64,000 nt of DNA from Verrucomicrobiota bacterium (GTDB lineage: Bacteria > Verrucomicrobiota > Verrucomicrobiia > Limisphaerales > AAA164-E04): positions 2,368,001-2,432,000 of the forward strand of contig CP170459.1 of NCBI GenBank assembly GCA_047947115.1, written 5' to 3'. The notes under the pieces were generated by a model that was not told the DNA's origin, did no database searches, and saw only the letters and a program-made list of their open reading frames with translations. Within the stretch, counting starts at the first letter, position 1, and each line of letters begins with the position of its first letter. The position numbers and the translations under genes are program-made. Shown piece by piece: positions 18,908-29,084 of the stretch.

Positions 18908-19522
18908 TCAACTATTCAACCATTTTTTAACGGCGGGGATGGTTTCTTCAGGACTGACGTGGATCTGTCCCGACCATCCGCGTTCGATGGCTGCTTCCAC
19001 GTTTTCTGCTTTGTCGTCGATAAAGAAGAGGTCCCTGCCTTGGCGCCCCAAAATGTGTTCGACCTTTTCGTATAAGGCCAACGTGGGTTTCATCATGCCA
19101 TGTTCGTAGGAATAACAATGATGATCGAACTCACTGAAGAAAGGGAATGTTTCCCGGATAAAGGACACCGCTATTTCATTGGTGTTCGAGAAAACCATGA
19201 CGGGGACCTGTTCTGATTTTAGGGATCGCATGAATTCCACCATGACATCCCACTCCTCGAATATGTCGGCAAAATCGTTCCGAAAGACCTCGAAAGATTC
19301 TTGGTATCCACAAAGTGTGCCGATGTTTCGATAGAACGCCTCGGAGGACACTTCGCCCCTTTCATAAGCGTGCAGGTGCGGCGTTTGGTTGATCTCGGCC
19401 AGAATTTCCTCAGCCGTGGCATCGGCGTGGCGAGCAAGGTTTTTGGCCGCGATGCCGAAGTCAAAGTGGAGCAATACCTTGCCCAGGTCGAAAACAACGG
19501 CTTTTGAGTGCGTTTCAGTCAT
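18908..19522 (-). CDS. HAD family phosphatase
   Basis: VVFDLGKV motif I, FSNTN, MMKP, FFIDDKAENV. Confidence 0.9.
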   Translation of the reverse strand: MTETHSKAVVFDLGKVLLHFDFGIAAKNLARHADATAEEILAEINQTPHLHAYERGEVSSEAFYRNIGTLCGYQESFEVFRNDFADIFEEWDVMVEFMRSLKSEQVPVMVFSNTNEIAVSFIRETFPFFSEFDHHCYSYEHGMMKPTLALYEKVEHILGRQGRDLFFIDDKAENVEAAIERGWSGQIHVSPEETIPAVKKWLNS

Positions 19523-20123
19523 GTGGGAGTGCGGCTCTGCCTTGCATGGCTTTGCCTAAAGTCAGTTCATCGGCGTAATCCAGTTCGCTGCCGGCAGGCA
19601 AACCTTGTGCAATGCGAGTGATTTTGACGTCCAATGCGCTCAATCTTTTCGCCAGGTAGTAGGACGTTGCGTCTCCTTCCACGTCCGAACCGAGCGCCAG
19701 AATGACTTCTTCGACCGGATTTTCCCGAATCCGATGTTCGAGCGAGTCGATACGCAGATCCTCGGGCCCCACTCCATTCATCGGTGAAATCTGGCCACCG
19801 AGGACGTGATACTGTCCCTTGAAAGCCTGCGATTTCTCCAGCGTGAGGATGTCCGTCGGTTTGACCACCACGCAGATGCATTCCTGTTGACGCTGACTGT
19901 TCGAACAGAGCGGGCAGGGCTGGGTTTCGGTCAAGCCGCCGCAGGTTTCACAAAGGGACACCTTTTCTTTGGCCTCTTTGACAGAGCGAATCAACAGATC
20001 GACGGCATCCTGTTTGGATTGCACCAAGTGCAGGGCAATGCGTTCAGCCGATCGCGGGCCAATGCCCGGCAAACGGTTCAGGGCCGACTTCAGCTCTTGT
20101 ACAGCTGGTGGTAACGTGAGCAT
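19515..20123 (-). CDS. recR: Recombination mediator RecR
   Basis: LPGIGPRSAERI HhH, C4 zinc finger, TOPRIM (DVEGDAT), ELDYAD. Confidence 0.95.
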   Translation of the reverse strand: MLTLPPAVQELKSALNRLPGIGPRSAERIALHLVQSKQDAVDLLIRSVKEAKEKVSLCETCGGLTETQPCPLCSNSQRQQECICVVVKPTDILTLEKSQAFKGQYHVLGGQISPMNGVGPEDLRIDSLEHRIRENPVEEVILALGSDVEGDATSYYLAKRLSALDVKITRIAQGLPAGSELDYADELTLGKAMQGRAALPHD

Positions 20124-20226
20124 CTTATCGGCTTGCTTGGTAGTATTCGAACCTGAAGGCGTTGTTCCGGGCTGGTGCCAGTTTTCCTATTTTCGACCGG
20201 GTAGCTTGTTGAACTGCCCCTATTGG

Positions 20227-20538
20227 TTACATCAATCCAGGAATCTTGAGTCCGGATGTCAGTTTACCCATTTCTTCGTTGGAAATTTCCTTGGCCTGTT
20301 CCAACGCGCTGTTGGCAGCCGTCAATACGAGGTCTTCGAGCAAGGAAATATCGTCCTTGTCAACTGATTCGGGATCAATGGTGATGGCTTTCAGGGTCCC
20401 ATCGCATTTAGCGGTTACTTTTACCGCTCCGCCGCCGCTGGTTGCGTCCACCGTACGATCTGCCAAATCCGTCTGAGCCTGTTCCATTTGACGTTGGATA
20501 CGGCTCGCTTGCTTCATGAGTTTTCCGATACTAGACAT
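20227..20538 (-). CDS. ybaB: YbaB/EbfC nucleoid-associated protein
   Basis: SGGGAVKVT, LLEDLVLTA; conserved dnaX-ybaB-recR order. Confidence 0.93.
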   Translation of the reverse strand: MSSIGKLMKQASRIQRQMEQAQTDLADRTVDATSGGGAVKVTAKCDGTLKAITIDPESVDKDDISLLEDLVLTAANSALEQAKEISNEEMGKLTSGLKIPGLM

Positions 20539-20572
20539 TATGCGGACAGTTTATGCGGCGCGCTGGAGGATT

Positions 20573-22402
20573 TCAAGTCGATGATTCGACGTTTAACATT
20601 CTTGCCTTGAATACTTCCAGCGCTTTTTGAATGAGCGGGTCGTTGAGGAATTCCTCGGGATCAATGGGCACTTTGGGGGCTCCGGGCGGAATATCTTCTT
20701 CTCCCGGTTGATCGGAAGTATTCGCTTTTCCGTTGGTTCGTGCTGTTGTTGGATCTGGTAGGGGTTGTTTTTCTTTTGGTTGCAGATTGTCGGATTTGAC
20801 GAAGCGTACCTTGCAGTCGGGGTGTCCCAGCGTTTCCAAATAGGATTCGATGGCCTGATGGTTTTTCTTGTTGTCGACCATTTCCATCTGATCCACCTGA
20901 GACGGAGGATAACCAACGGTGATGACTTTGCCTTTGACTTCCAAGGCGTGTCCGTCCGCCAAATAGCTGTGCAGAAACGGGTTTTCCTTGCCAACATGCA
21001 GAACAAGTTTGTTCCACAGGGTGTGCAGGTTGATGTCCCCGGGTGCTTGTTGGGGTTCTTCGGCTTGGACTGGCTCCGGCATTGGGGCCGATGCCACCGT
21101 TCTTTCCGCTGCTGTCGGATTGGGGGGCGGGGAAGCTTGATCTGGTGGTGTGCGGGTCCCAGGTGGAGTGCTGGAGCTTTTGGGGGCGGCGGCGATGGGA
21201 GCTGGTGCCGGTTTGGGTGGGGTGGCCTGACCGGGGGCAGGCTGCCCGCCAGCGGGTGATTGGTTGCGGATGGCATTCAGGGCTCCGATGACTTCGTTGA
21301 TACTTCTTTCCTGAAGGGATTCGGATGCCCGGATCAGTCCTATTTCCACTGCGATTCGTTTTGCGCTGGCTTCCCTGAGCCGATAATCTGTGTCGGATAA
21401 TGCCTCCAACAGCCGTAATACCTGGTGATCATTCAGTCCGCTTGCGTGTTGCTGCAGTGATGCAAGTTCGGATTCGGACAGGCTCTCAAGTGCTGCCTGA
21501 TCACCGGAAACCTTGATGAGCATCAGGTGGCGGAAGTATTCCTGCAGGTCTCCCAACAGGCGTCCGAGGTCTTTGCCGTTTTGCGCCAGGTCATTCAGTT
21601 CGCTCAGCAGCGCTGGTTTATTGCCCTGGATCATGGCTTCGGCCAGTCGCAGGATTTGATCCCTGGAGGTGAGTCCGAACATGGAAAGCACATCAGGTTC
21701 TTCAATTTGATCGCCGCAGAAACTGATCAATTGATCCAACGTAGACTGAGCATCCCGCATCCCGCCATCGGCTCCACGCGCCACGGCCTGGAGTGCGGTT
21801 TGTTCGATTTGGATACCTTCCTGGTCGGCGATTTTCTTCAATTGTCCCATGATTTCCGGAGCGGCAATGCGTCGCAAATCAAAGCGCTGGCAGCGGGAAA
21901 GAATCGTCGGGAGCACCTTTTCCGGCTCTGTGGTGGCGAACATGAATTTCACGTGCGGCGGGGGTTCCTCCAATGTTTTGAGCAGGGCATTGAAAGCTTC
22001 CTTTGTCAGCATGTGGACCTCATCAATGATGAAGATTTTATAAGGTGACACGGCGGGTGCGTAGTGGACAGTATCGCGTAATTCGCGAATTTCCTCGATA
22101 CCACGATTGCTGGCGCCGTCGATCTCCATGACGTCCAGGGATCTGCCTTCCGCAATTTCCTGACACCTTGGGTCATCTTCCGGCCAGTCGGTTCGAGGGC
22201 CGTCGGAGCAATTCAGGCACTTTGCAAAAATGCGCGCCAGGGTGGTTTTTCCGGTGCCCCGCGGGCCGCAAAAGAGATAGGCGTGGGCGATGCGCCCTTT
22301 CTGGATGGCATGGCCCAAGGTGCGCGTGACATGGTCCTGGCCCACAACTTCTTCGAAGCGTTGAGGTCGGTATTTTCGAGCGATGACCTGATAGGCGGAC
22401 AT
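20573..22402 (-). CDS. dnaX: DNA polymerase III subunit gamma/tau
   Basis: ARKYRPQRF, GPRGTGKTT, IIDEVHML, SRCQRF; Pro-rich linker. Confidence 0.96.
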   Translation of the reverse strand: MSAYQVIARKYRPQRFEEVVGQDHVTRTLGHAIQKGRIAHAYLFCGPRGTGKTTLARIFAKCLNCSDGPRTDWPEDDPRCQEIAEGRSLDVMEIDGASNRGIEEIRELRDTVHYAPAVSPYKIFIIDEVHMLTKEAFNALLKTLEEPPPHVKFMFATTEPEKVLPTILSRCQRFDLRRIAAPEIMGQLKKIADQEGIQIEQTALQAVARGADGGMRDAQSTLDQLISFCGDQIEEPDVLSMFGLTSRDQILRLAEAMIQGNKPALLSELNDLAQNGKDLGRLLGDLQEYFRHLMLIKVSGDQAALESLSESELASLQQHASGLNDHQVLRLLEALSDTDYRLREASAKRIAVEIGLIRASESLQERSINEVIGALNAIRNQSPAGGQPAPGQATPPKPAPAPIAAAPKSSSTPPGTRTPPDQASPPPNPTAAERTVASAPMPEPVQAEEPQQAPGDINLHTLWNKLVLHVGKENPFLHSYLADGHALEVKGKVITVGYPPSQVDQMEMVDNKKNHQAIESYLETLGHPDCKVRFVKSDNLQPKEKQPLPDPTTARTNGKANTSDQPGEEDIPPGAPKVPIDPEEFLNDPLIQKALEVFKARMLNVESST

Positions 22403-22569
22403 GGGGATCATCATGCACGGGGATGCTGGTTCAGGCAAGACTGGAGCGGGTTAATTTGGGTAGTTTCCGCAGTCGTGGGTTCTGCGGGATGAAGTGGGTT
22501 TACAGGATAAGTAGGTGTATTCGGACACCCTGGCGTTGGAATTTTGAAATTCAGAAAGAGGGGGCTTGT

Positions 22570-23280
22570 TTACCATGAATAGGTTCCGGTGTTGCCCAGT
22601 CGGTCCAGAAACCGGCCGGTTTGTCGTAAGGTAAGAGATTGGACGGTTTGTTCGATGGATGTTCCCACACTTTCGGGCTCCAAATCGGCCTCGCTGCCTC
22701 CCATATCCGTTTTGACCCAACCCGGACTGAGTGCCACCACCGTGATTCCCTCAGGTTTGAGTTCGGTGGCCAATCCGCGTGTGAAATGATTGAGAGCCGC
22801 CTTTGATGCACCGTAACAATACCTGCGCCCGGACCGTTGGGAGATGGAGCCGGCTCCGGAGGAAAGGTTGACGATTCGTGGGTTTTGGCTTTTCGCCAGC
22901 AGGGGAAGTAGGGTTTTTGTGACTCGAATGGTTCCCACTAAGTTGACGTTCATGGCTTCATGGAACCAATTCAAATCCAGATTTCGGAAGGACATGTCTG
23001 TGGGTTCAGGAAAGATGCCGGCATTGTTGATCAGCACGTCCAGTGTCACATTGTTTTCGTTCAAAAATTTGGCGACTTGATCAATTTGAGCTTGGTGCGT
23101 GATGTCCATTTCCAGTCTTATTGAAAACCTCTGCCCGGGTTCTGTTGGACGCGCCTGGTCTGTGAGTTTGCGCATGCAGGAAATGACCTGCCAACCCTTT
23201 GAATGAAATGCTCCTTCCATGGCGGCTCCGATGCCGCGGTTTGCTCCCGTGATCAATACTGTCCTGGCTTTTGCTGTCAT
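22570..23280 (-). CDS. SDR family oxidoreductase
   Basis: TGANRGIG, INNAG, YGASK, PGWVKTDMG. Confidence 0.92.
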   Translation of the reverse strand: MTAKARTVLITGANRGIGAAMEGAFHSKGWQVISCMRKLTDQARPTEPGQRFSIRLEMDITHQAQIDQVAKFLNENNVTLDVLINNAGIFPEPTDMSFRNLDLNWFHEAMNVNLVGTIRVTKTLLPLLAKSQNPRIVNLSSGAGSISQRSGRRYCYGASKAALNHFTRGLATELKPEGITVVALSPGWVKTDMGGSEADLEPESVGTSIEQTVQSLTLRQTGRFLDRLGNTGTYSW

Positions 23281-23321
23281 GTTTTCCTGATTCAAGCAGA
23301 AAGCGTTTGGGGGCAACATAT

Positions 23322-23353
23322 AAAAAGACGCCTGCAGCATATGCAGGCGTCTT
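23322..23353 (-). terminator. Intrinsic terminator after the fasciclin gene
   Basis: Stem AAGACGCCTGCA/TGCAGGCGTCTT followed by a T run on the minus strand. Confidence 0.8.
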
Positions 23354-23388
23354 CCCTTTTGGTTTGTTGGTTGAGTTTTGGTTTAATT

Positions 23389-23874
23389 TTAGGGGAGGAT
23401 CACGTGGTCAATGACGTGGATGACCCCGTTACTTGCTCCGATATCCGTTTTCATAACCTTTGCCTGGTTGATGCTTACCCCATGATCGGTGATACTAATC
23501 TTCACTTCCTTTCCGTTGACTGTTTTTACCTGACCTGCTTTGACATCTTTTGCCATCACTTTGGCTGGAATGACGTGGTAGGTGAGGATTTCGGTCAGTT
23601 TCTGTTTGTTTTCCGGCTTGAGCAATGATGCCACCGTGCCTTCCGGGAGTTTGGCGAATGCTTCGTCAGTAGGGGCAAACACAGTGTAGGGGCCTTCGGC
23701 TTTCAGTGTGTCCACTAATCCAGCTGCTTGGACGGCTGCTACGAGTGTCTTGAATGAACCAGCCTTTATTGCGACATCCACGATATCTGGGCTGGCTTTG
23801 GTGTTGCCGGCGAAAGCATTTGAAGTGACCAGGGCGATGGTGAGGAGTCCGATTGTTTTTAGTTTTTTCAGCAT
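23389..23874 (-). CDS. Fasciclin (FAS1) domain secreted protein
   Basis: Signal peptide; [26 protein letters not shown]. Confidence 0.93.
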   Translation of the reverse strand: MLKKLKTIGLLTIALVTSNAFAGNTKASPDIVDVAIKAGSFKTLVAAVQAAGLVDTLKAEGPYTVFAPTDEAFAKLPEGTVASLLKPENKQKLTEILTYHVIPAKVMAKDVKAGQVKTVNGKEVKISITDHGVSINQAKVMKTDIGASNGVIHVIDHVILP

Positions 23875-24113
23875 AATTTCTATTTTGATTTGCGGTTCTT
23901 GTTACATGCGTTTGTTAGCACGGACCCAACATGCCTCTTGTTTAGTTGGTGTCAAATTTTTGCATCAAAAATGTTTAAATAAATCGTGCGTTCCATAACT
24001 ATCACAATATTAGGTATAACTGGATTTTAAGCAGCTGTTTTGTGATTTTTCTGGCTGAAAAAAATGTTAGTCAAATCAGATTTGTTTAACTTTTGTAGCT
24101 TAATTTTGAGGAG

Positions 24114-26024
24114 TTACCAGGCTACTCCATAATCATCACCATGGTGGCTGGCGCCGCCCCACAACGTGCCGTGTTTGCGGTCGAAGTAGATGGCGGTGAT
24201 GGGGCCCGAGGTGCGTTCGTCGAAGTCCAGTCGATAGCCCATGGTTTTCAACTCGTTGCGTACCCAGGGGGGAACGTCTTCCTGCAAGGTGAGTTTGCCT
24301 GGTTTGAATTCATGTTCCCCAAAGGAAGCGTGCATTTGGTAGCTGGTGATGTTGGGAGACTCGCAGGCTTCCTGAACGTTCATACCGAATTCCATGAAGT
24401 TGATGAGGAATTGCACCAGATTCTGCTCCTGAGTATCGCCGCCTTGAACGGAAAAAGCCAGGTAAGGTTCTTTGCCTTTCAAGGCGATAGTTGGGGTGAG
24501 GGTGGCGCGAGGGCGTTTGCCGGGTTCAAGGACGTTGTAAGGTCCGTCTTCCGGGAGAAGCACAAAACTCTGCATGCGCTGGCTCATGCCAATACCGGTG
24601 CGCCCGGCGATGCAAGCCGGCATCCAACCGCCGCTGGGGGTGACGGAAACCACCCACCCATCCTTGTCCGCCGCTTGAATGGAGGTTGTCCCTGCGCGGA
24701 AGTCGCGATGGTACTGGTCCCAATAATCCGCGGAAGCACGAGGTCGCTGGAACGGGCTTTGATTACGCCAGTGGTCCAGTTCGCGTTGGAATGGGTTTGG
24801 TTTGTTGTTGAATCCATACGGATCCCCGGGACCTGCAAAGGGGTCATTGCGCATTGGATTGATCTCTCGGAGTCGAAACCGTGCATAATCTTTCGATAAC
24901 AATGTTTCCAGAGGCTCATCCGGGGGAAAGTAAGGGTCGCCGTAGTAAAAGTCACGGTCTGCAAACGCCAGGTTCATGACTTGGTAAAGGGTATGGATGT
25001 ACCGCGCCGAATTCAACCCCATGGATTTCAGATCCAGTGGCTCGAGCATGTTCAGTATCTGCAACATGCAGGGGCCTTGAACCCAGGAGGTCAGTTTGTA
25101 AACTTCCACATCATGGTAAGTGGACATGACGGGTTCCTCGATGTGGACTTCCCAGTTTGCCAGGTCTGCCGCGGTGTGGAGACCTCCTTGTTCGCGGGAG
25201 CCGCGGACGAATTCTTCTGCGATGTCCCCACGATAAAAACGATCATTGGCCGCCATGATAGCTTCCTTGCGTGTCGCACCTCTTGCCAGTGCCTTCTTTT
25301 CAGCGAACACCAGTTTTTCCAGTGTTGCTTTCAGCTCGGGCTGGCGGAAGATTTCTCCGGGTCTGGGTGCTTCGTAATATTCTCCTTCATGCGGGAGAAA
25401 AATGTCTTTGGAGTAGGGCCACTGCTTGAGTGAATCTTTTGAGCTTTCGATCCATTCGGACGTCCCGGCTTCCATTGGGTATCCTTCCGCCATTTGGATG
25501 GCGGGTTTCAACACCTGTTCCAATGACATCGTGCCGTACTCAGCCAACATCACCATCAAACCGCCGGGTGTTCCCGGCGTGACGGCGGCAAGAGGGCCTT
25601 CTCCCGGGGGATATCGCATGCCTCGGGCGAGGAAAAAATCCGCCGTGGCACCCGTGGGGGCGACGCCGAGCGCGTTGATTCCGATGACCTTTTTTTCGAT
25701 GGGATGATAGACCAAAGCCTGAGTTTCACCCCCCCAACTCAGGGCGTCATGCATCGTGCAAGAAGCGGCCAGCATGGCGCACGTGGCATCAATGGCGTTT
25801 CCGCCTTGCGCGAAGATCTGTGCTCCGGCGCTCGCTGCGAGGGGTTTGCCTGTGATCGCCATCCAGTGTCGTCCGTGCAGGATGGGTTTGTTTGTTTTGG
25901 CGTGTAGAAAGTGTTCTGCAGGTGCGCACACGAATCCCAACACGATGGCAAGCCCAAGGTGCAAACATTGCCAGGGATGTGATTGCCGCCGGCGGATACC
26001 ACCTGGATGTGGTTTTCTGGTCAT
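24114..26024 (-). CDS. ggt: Gamma-glutamyltransferase family protein
   Basis: GGNAIDA, VTPGTPGG, autocleavage Thr in GTTSIQAAD, PGKRPRATLTP, QGGD. Confidence 0.88.
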   Translation of the reverse strand: MTRKPHPGGIRRRQSHPWQCLHLGLAIVLGFVCAPAEHFLHAKTNKPILHGRHWMAITGKPLAASAGAQIFAQGGNAIDATCAMLAASCTMHDALSWGGETQALVYHPIEKKVIGINALGVAPTGATADFFLARGMRYPPGEGPLAAVTPGTPGGLMVMLAEYGTMSLEQVLKPAIQMAEGYPMEAGTSEWIESSKDSLKQWPYSKDIFLPHEGEYYEAPRPGEIFRQPELKATLEKLVFAEKKALARGATRKEAIMAANDRFYRGDIAEEFVRGSREQGGLHTAADLANWEVHIEEPVMSTYHDVEVYKLTSWVQGPCMLQILNMLEPLDLKSMGLNSARYIHTLYQVMNLAFADRDFYYGDPYFPPDEPLETLLSKDYARFRLREINPMRNDPFAGPGDPYGFNNKPNPFQRELDHWRNQSPFQRPRASADYWDQYHRDFRAGTTSIQAADKDGWVVSVTPSGGWMPACIAGRTGIGMSQRMQSFVLLPEDGPYNVLEPGKRPRATLTPTIALKGKEPYLAFSVQGGDTQEQNLVQFLINFMEFGMNVQEACESPNITSYQMHASFGEHEFKPGKLTLQEDVPPWVRNELKTMGYRLDFDERTSGPITAIYFDRKHGTLWGGASHHGDDYGVAW

Positions 26025-26079
26025 CCTGCAACTTATACCTTTCCGGATAAGTTTGGTAAACCCTATACCTCGTCTTGCA

Positions 26080-27258
26080 TCAAGTGGTTGTTGTTTTCAG
26101 TTTCCACCTGGCGACGAACATGCCGTTGGATTTCCAGATGTGGGGTTGGATGGTGAATCCGTGAATGGGCTTGCCCAGATCGAGTTCACAGAACTCCGGC
26201 AGATTCGGTCGAGATCCGTTCCACGGCCAGGGTTCCAGTTCCGGGTGGGCCTGTTCGATGCGACGTACGACGCGTGCCGTTTCCTGTTTGGTCAGGGTGC
26301 AGACGGAATAAACCAGTTTTCCGCCGGGTTTGAGGCGGGTGATGGCGGATTCGAGCAGGCTAAACTGAACTTCGGCCAGCTCCTTCACGTCTTCCAGGGT
26401 GGTGGTCCATCGGGCATGCGGGTTGCGCTGCCAGGTGCCCAGTCCGCTGCACGGTGCGTCGACGAGCACACCGTCGAATTTCTTTTTGAAGGGTATCTTG
26501 GAATTACCGTCCCACTGGGAGGATTGATAGTTGAACACCTTGGCTCTGGCGGCGCGGCGTTTCAGTTTCTGAAGCCGCCATGCCGATCGATCGGTGGCCC
26601 AGACACATCCTTTCTGCTCCAGCAGATCGGCCAAGTGCAGCATTTTACCTCCTTCGCCCGCGCACATGTCCCACCAGTGTTCGGATGGTTCCACCTGACA
26701 GAAATTACCGACGAATTGAGAGGCAAGGTCTTGTATTTCAAAACTGCCGTGCTGGAAAGAACCGGTCTGGTAAAGGTCCTCCCGACCGAAATAACGGAAG
26801 GAATTACGCCAGCATCCTTCTCCTGCAGGCTGAATATCCTTCTTGAAAAGTTGTTCTACACGCTTGCCCTTGGCTTTGGGGGCGCGCAGCCACAGGGTGG
26901 ATGGTCGCTGGATCTGGACCAGCCATTCGCGGGTGACTTTCATGGTGTCATAGCACCAGTCCGGGACCGTTTTTTTGAGGACCTCGGATTTGATCTTGCC
27001 AGCGTGTGAGCGAAATGCTTCGTCCAGTTCGCGTGCCATTCGGATCTGGCGGTTTAAAGTGTTGGACGGATTCAGGCATCCTTTCCATCGAAAGTAGGTG
27101 TAGACCCGTTCGACCACTGCTGTCTTGTGGCGGGGCAGCATTTCCTTTTCTTTGCGAAGTGCGTCCCTCAGTAGTCGGTCGGCTGGGTTTTTGGCATCGC
27201 ATTGTCTGATGATATCATCAGCCAGAGAGGTGATGCCGTTTCGTTTGCGTTTGGGCAT
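26080..27258 (-). CDS. RsmB/NOP family RNA m5C methyltransferase
   Basis: QDLASQ, DMCAGEGGK, LVDAPCSGLG, VYSVCTL. Confidence 0.9.
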   Translation of the reverse strand: MPKRKRNGITSLADDIIRQCDAKNPADRLLRDALRKEKEMLPRHKTAVVERVYTYFRWKGCLNPSNTLNRQIRMARELDEAFRSHAGKIKSEVLKKTVPDWCYDTMKVTREWLVQIQRPSTLWLRAPKAKGKRVEQLFKKDIQPAGEGCWRNSFRYFGREDLYQTGSFQHGSFEIQDLASQFVGNFCQVEPSEHWWDMCAGEGGKMLHLADLLEQKGCVWATDRSAWRLQKLKRRAARAKVFNYQSSQWDGNSKIPFKKKFDGVLVDAPCSGLGTWQRNPHARWTTTLEDVKELAEVQFSLLESAITRLKPGGKLVYSVCTLTKQETARVVRRIEQAHPELEPWPWNGSRPNLPEFCELDLGKPIHGFTIQPHIWKSNGMFVARWKLKTTTT

Positions 27259-27264
27259 AAATGG

Positions 27265-27849
27265 TTAGAGAGGTTTGCACCACCAGAACATGCGTTCCAG
27301 TCCGGTGCGATTGGGATAGGATCGCGGAACCCATTCCTTTTTCAATTCAAAATGTGGGGAAAACCTTTGGAACACCTCGTCACGGGTTGTTCCGAAAGGT
27401 GGTCCATCCTCGTCGGGGATCAGGTAATGTACGGCCAGCAGGGAGCCCCCAGGTTTGATCCACCGCAACATAGCCTGGAGATAGTCGTTCCGCTGATCGG
27501 GTTGAATGGCGCAGTAGAACGTATGCTCGAAGACCCAGTCAAAAGGTGATTCCGGAGATTCGTTCAGAAAGTTACCAAGATGAAAGCTGCATGCATGAGC
27601 TTTGCCGGAAGCGTGTTCACGTGCCCGTTCGACTGCGGACGGAGCGATATCGACGCCGCTGGCCTCAAAGCCTTTGGATGCCCAGGCCAGCACGTCATGT
27701 CCGATTCCACAGCCGGGCACGCAAACGGTCCCTTTTTTCAGTTCCGAGTTGTCGACCAAAAAATCCACCAATCCCGGGGAGGCTTCGCCTTTGTCCCAGG
27801 GTGTTTCTTTTTTTTGGTAGCAGGTTTCCCAGTGATCCAACTCATTCAT
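27265..27849 (-). CDS. Thiopurine S-methyltransferase-like SAM methyltransferase
   Basis: TPWDKGEASP, VPGCGIGHD, FEHTFYCAI, GPPFG. Confidence 0.88.
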   Translation of the reverse strand: MNELDHWETCYQKKETPWDKGEASPGLVDFLVDNSELKKGTVCVPGCGIGHDVLAWASKGFEASGVDIAPSAVERAREHASGKAHACSFHLGNFLNESPESPFDWVFEHTFYCAIQPDQRNDYLQAMLRWIKPGGSLLAVHYLIPDEDGPPFGTTRDEVFQRFSPHFELKKEWVPRSYPNRTGLERMFWWCKPL

Positions 27850-27912
27850 CAGGTAAACCATCTTGATTCCCATTGAAAGATCAAGTTCAATCGCCAACTT
27901 TCAAAAAACGCA

Positions 27913-27941
27913 TTGCATTGGAGAAATGGCCTATGCAGAAT
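27913..27941 (+). promoter_or_regulatory. Putative sigma70 promoter of tRNA-Pro
   Basis: TTGCAT - 17 bp - CAGAAT ending 12 bp upstream of the tRNA. Confidence 0.5.
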
Positions 27942-27953
27942 TGGGGCGTGGTA

Positions 27954-28031
27954 CGGGGCGTAGCGCAGCCCGGCTAGCGCGCCTGGATCGGGACCAGGAG
28001 GTCGGGAGTTCGAATCTCCCCGCCCCGACCA
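27954..28031 (+). tRNA. tRNA-Pro (CGG)
   Basis: CGGGGCG acceptor stem, anticodon arm CCTGG-ATCGGGA-CCAGG, GTTCGAATC T-loop, encoded CCA. Confidence 0.95.
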
Positions 28032-28049
28032 TTCCTTCTTGCAGCCGGT

Positions 28050-28799
28050 TCAGGGGTTTGACCGGTTCTCGTCCTGGGAAAGTTCGTAGGTGTAAAGGTA
28101 TTTGTCTTTGTTGACCCATTTGGCACTGCCGTCGCACATCTGGAAATTAGTGCCTGCGTCCCCGTGATTATCGTTCGGGTCGGGAAAATTGTTTTGTGCG
28201 CCTGGGCCCTGTCCGTCTCCGTCAAAGATCAGGTAGATGTCCGTTGGACCGACGACCTGACCACGTAAATCAAAGGCGCGACTTTTATGCACCCAGCTCA
28301 AAACCGTCCGGTCCGTTTTACGAGTCGTGAAGTTCATGAACGCATTGATTTCATAGCTCACACCACGCAGATCGTTTTCGCGAGTGCGTGAGCTTTGCAT
28401 GCGTTTGTAATCAGCCTGGCGTCGCAAATCTTCCAGGACGGTTCTGCCTCCGACTCTGACCGTGTTTGTTCCGATGTAATTCTGGGTGGATGGGCAGACA
28501 AAAACGGATTTGGCGTTTGCCGAGGGGATGTATTCGGGGTTCAACCATGACAGATCATCGCTGCCATCCGTTGGGGTGCCCGCCAGCCAGCCTTTGTCGT
28601 TGTCTTGAGAATACATCATGGAGCCCAGCCCCATCTGTTTGAGGTTGTTCAGGCAACTGATCCGTCGGACTTTCTCTTTCGCCTTGGATAAGGCGGGCAG
28701 CAGCATGCCTGCCAGGATGGCGATGATGGCGATAACGACCAGTAGTTCGATTAAGGTGAAACCGCGGTTTTGAGGGAGACTGGAAAGTGATGTTTTCAT
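28050..28799 (-). CDS. Prepilin-type N-methylation protein with H-X9-DG tail (DUF1559-like)
   Basis: [49 protein letters not shown]. Confidence 0.9.
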   Translation of the reverse strand: MKTSLSSLPQNRGFTLIELLVVIAIIAILAGMLLPALSKAKEKVRRISCLNNLKQMGLGSMMYSQDNDKGWLAGTPTDGSDDLSWLNPEYIPSANAKSVFVCPSTQNYIGTNTVRVGGRTVLEDLRRQADYKRMQSSRTRENDLRGVSYEINAFMNFTTRKTDRTVLSWVHKSRAFDLRGQVVGPTDIYLIFDGDGQGPGAQNNFPDPNDNHGDAGTNFQMCDGSAKWVNKDKYLYTYELSQDENRSNP

Positions 28800-29084
28800 C
28801 TTTGATGGTTCATTCTGGTTGCTTTTAACATGAAAGACCATCTTTTTTTGCCGAAATGGATTTGCTCTGGTCCAGGTGCTGGGCAGGGGGGAGGGGGGGC
28901 GAATGAGCGCGCTTCATTCCTCATCGACACTTTGATCTTCGCTGAGACGCTGAAACAGGGTTTTGATGTCTCGAAAACCACCGATCGTGACCCAGACAGC
29001 CATTCCGGCAAAAAGGGTGATCGAACCAAAAAAGAGTATTGTCCAAAGCGTTTTCCACATATTCATTTTGTCTGGATTAAAGAG

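Noticed and set aside
20573..22402. Programmed -1 frameshift in dnaX (gamma/tau)
   Set aside because: No A-AAA-AAG heptamer or long A run seen in the coding strand by eye; only an A5G near the 3' end.
25756..27009. 417-aa plus-strand ORF
   Set aside because: Antisense to the RsmB-family and ggt genes; shadow ORF.
27954..28100. tRNA-Pro as a genomic-island attachment site
   Set aside because: No integrase in the window and no duplicate of the tRNA 3' end noticed.
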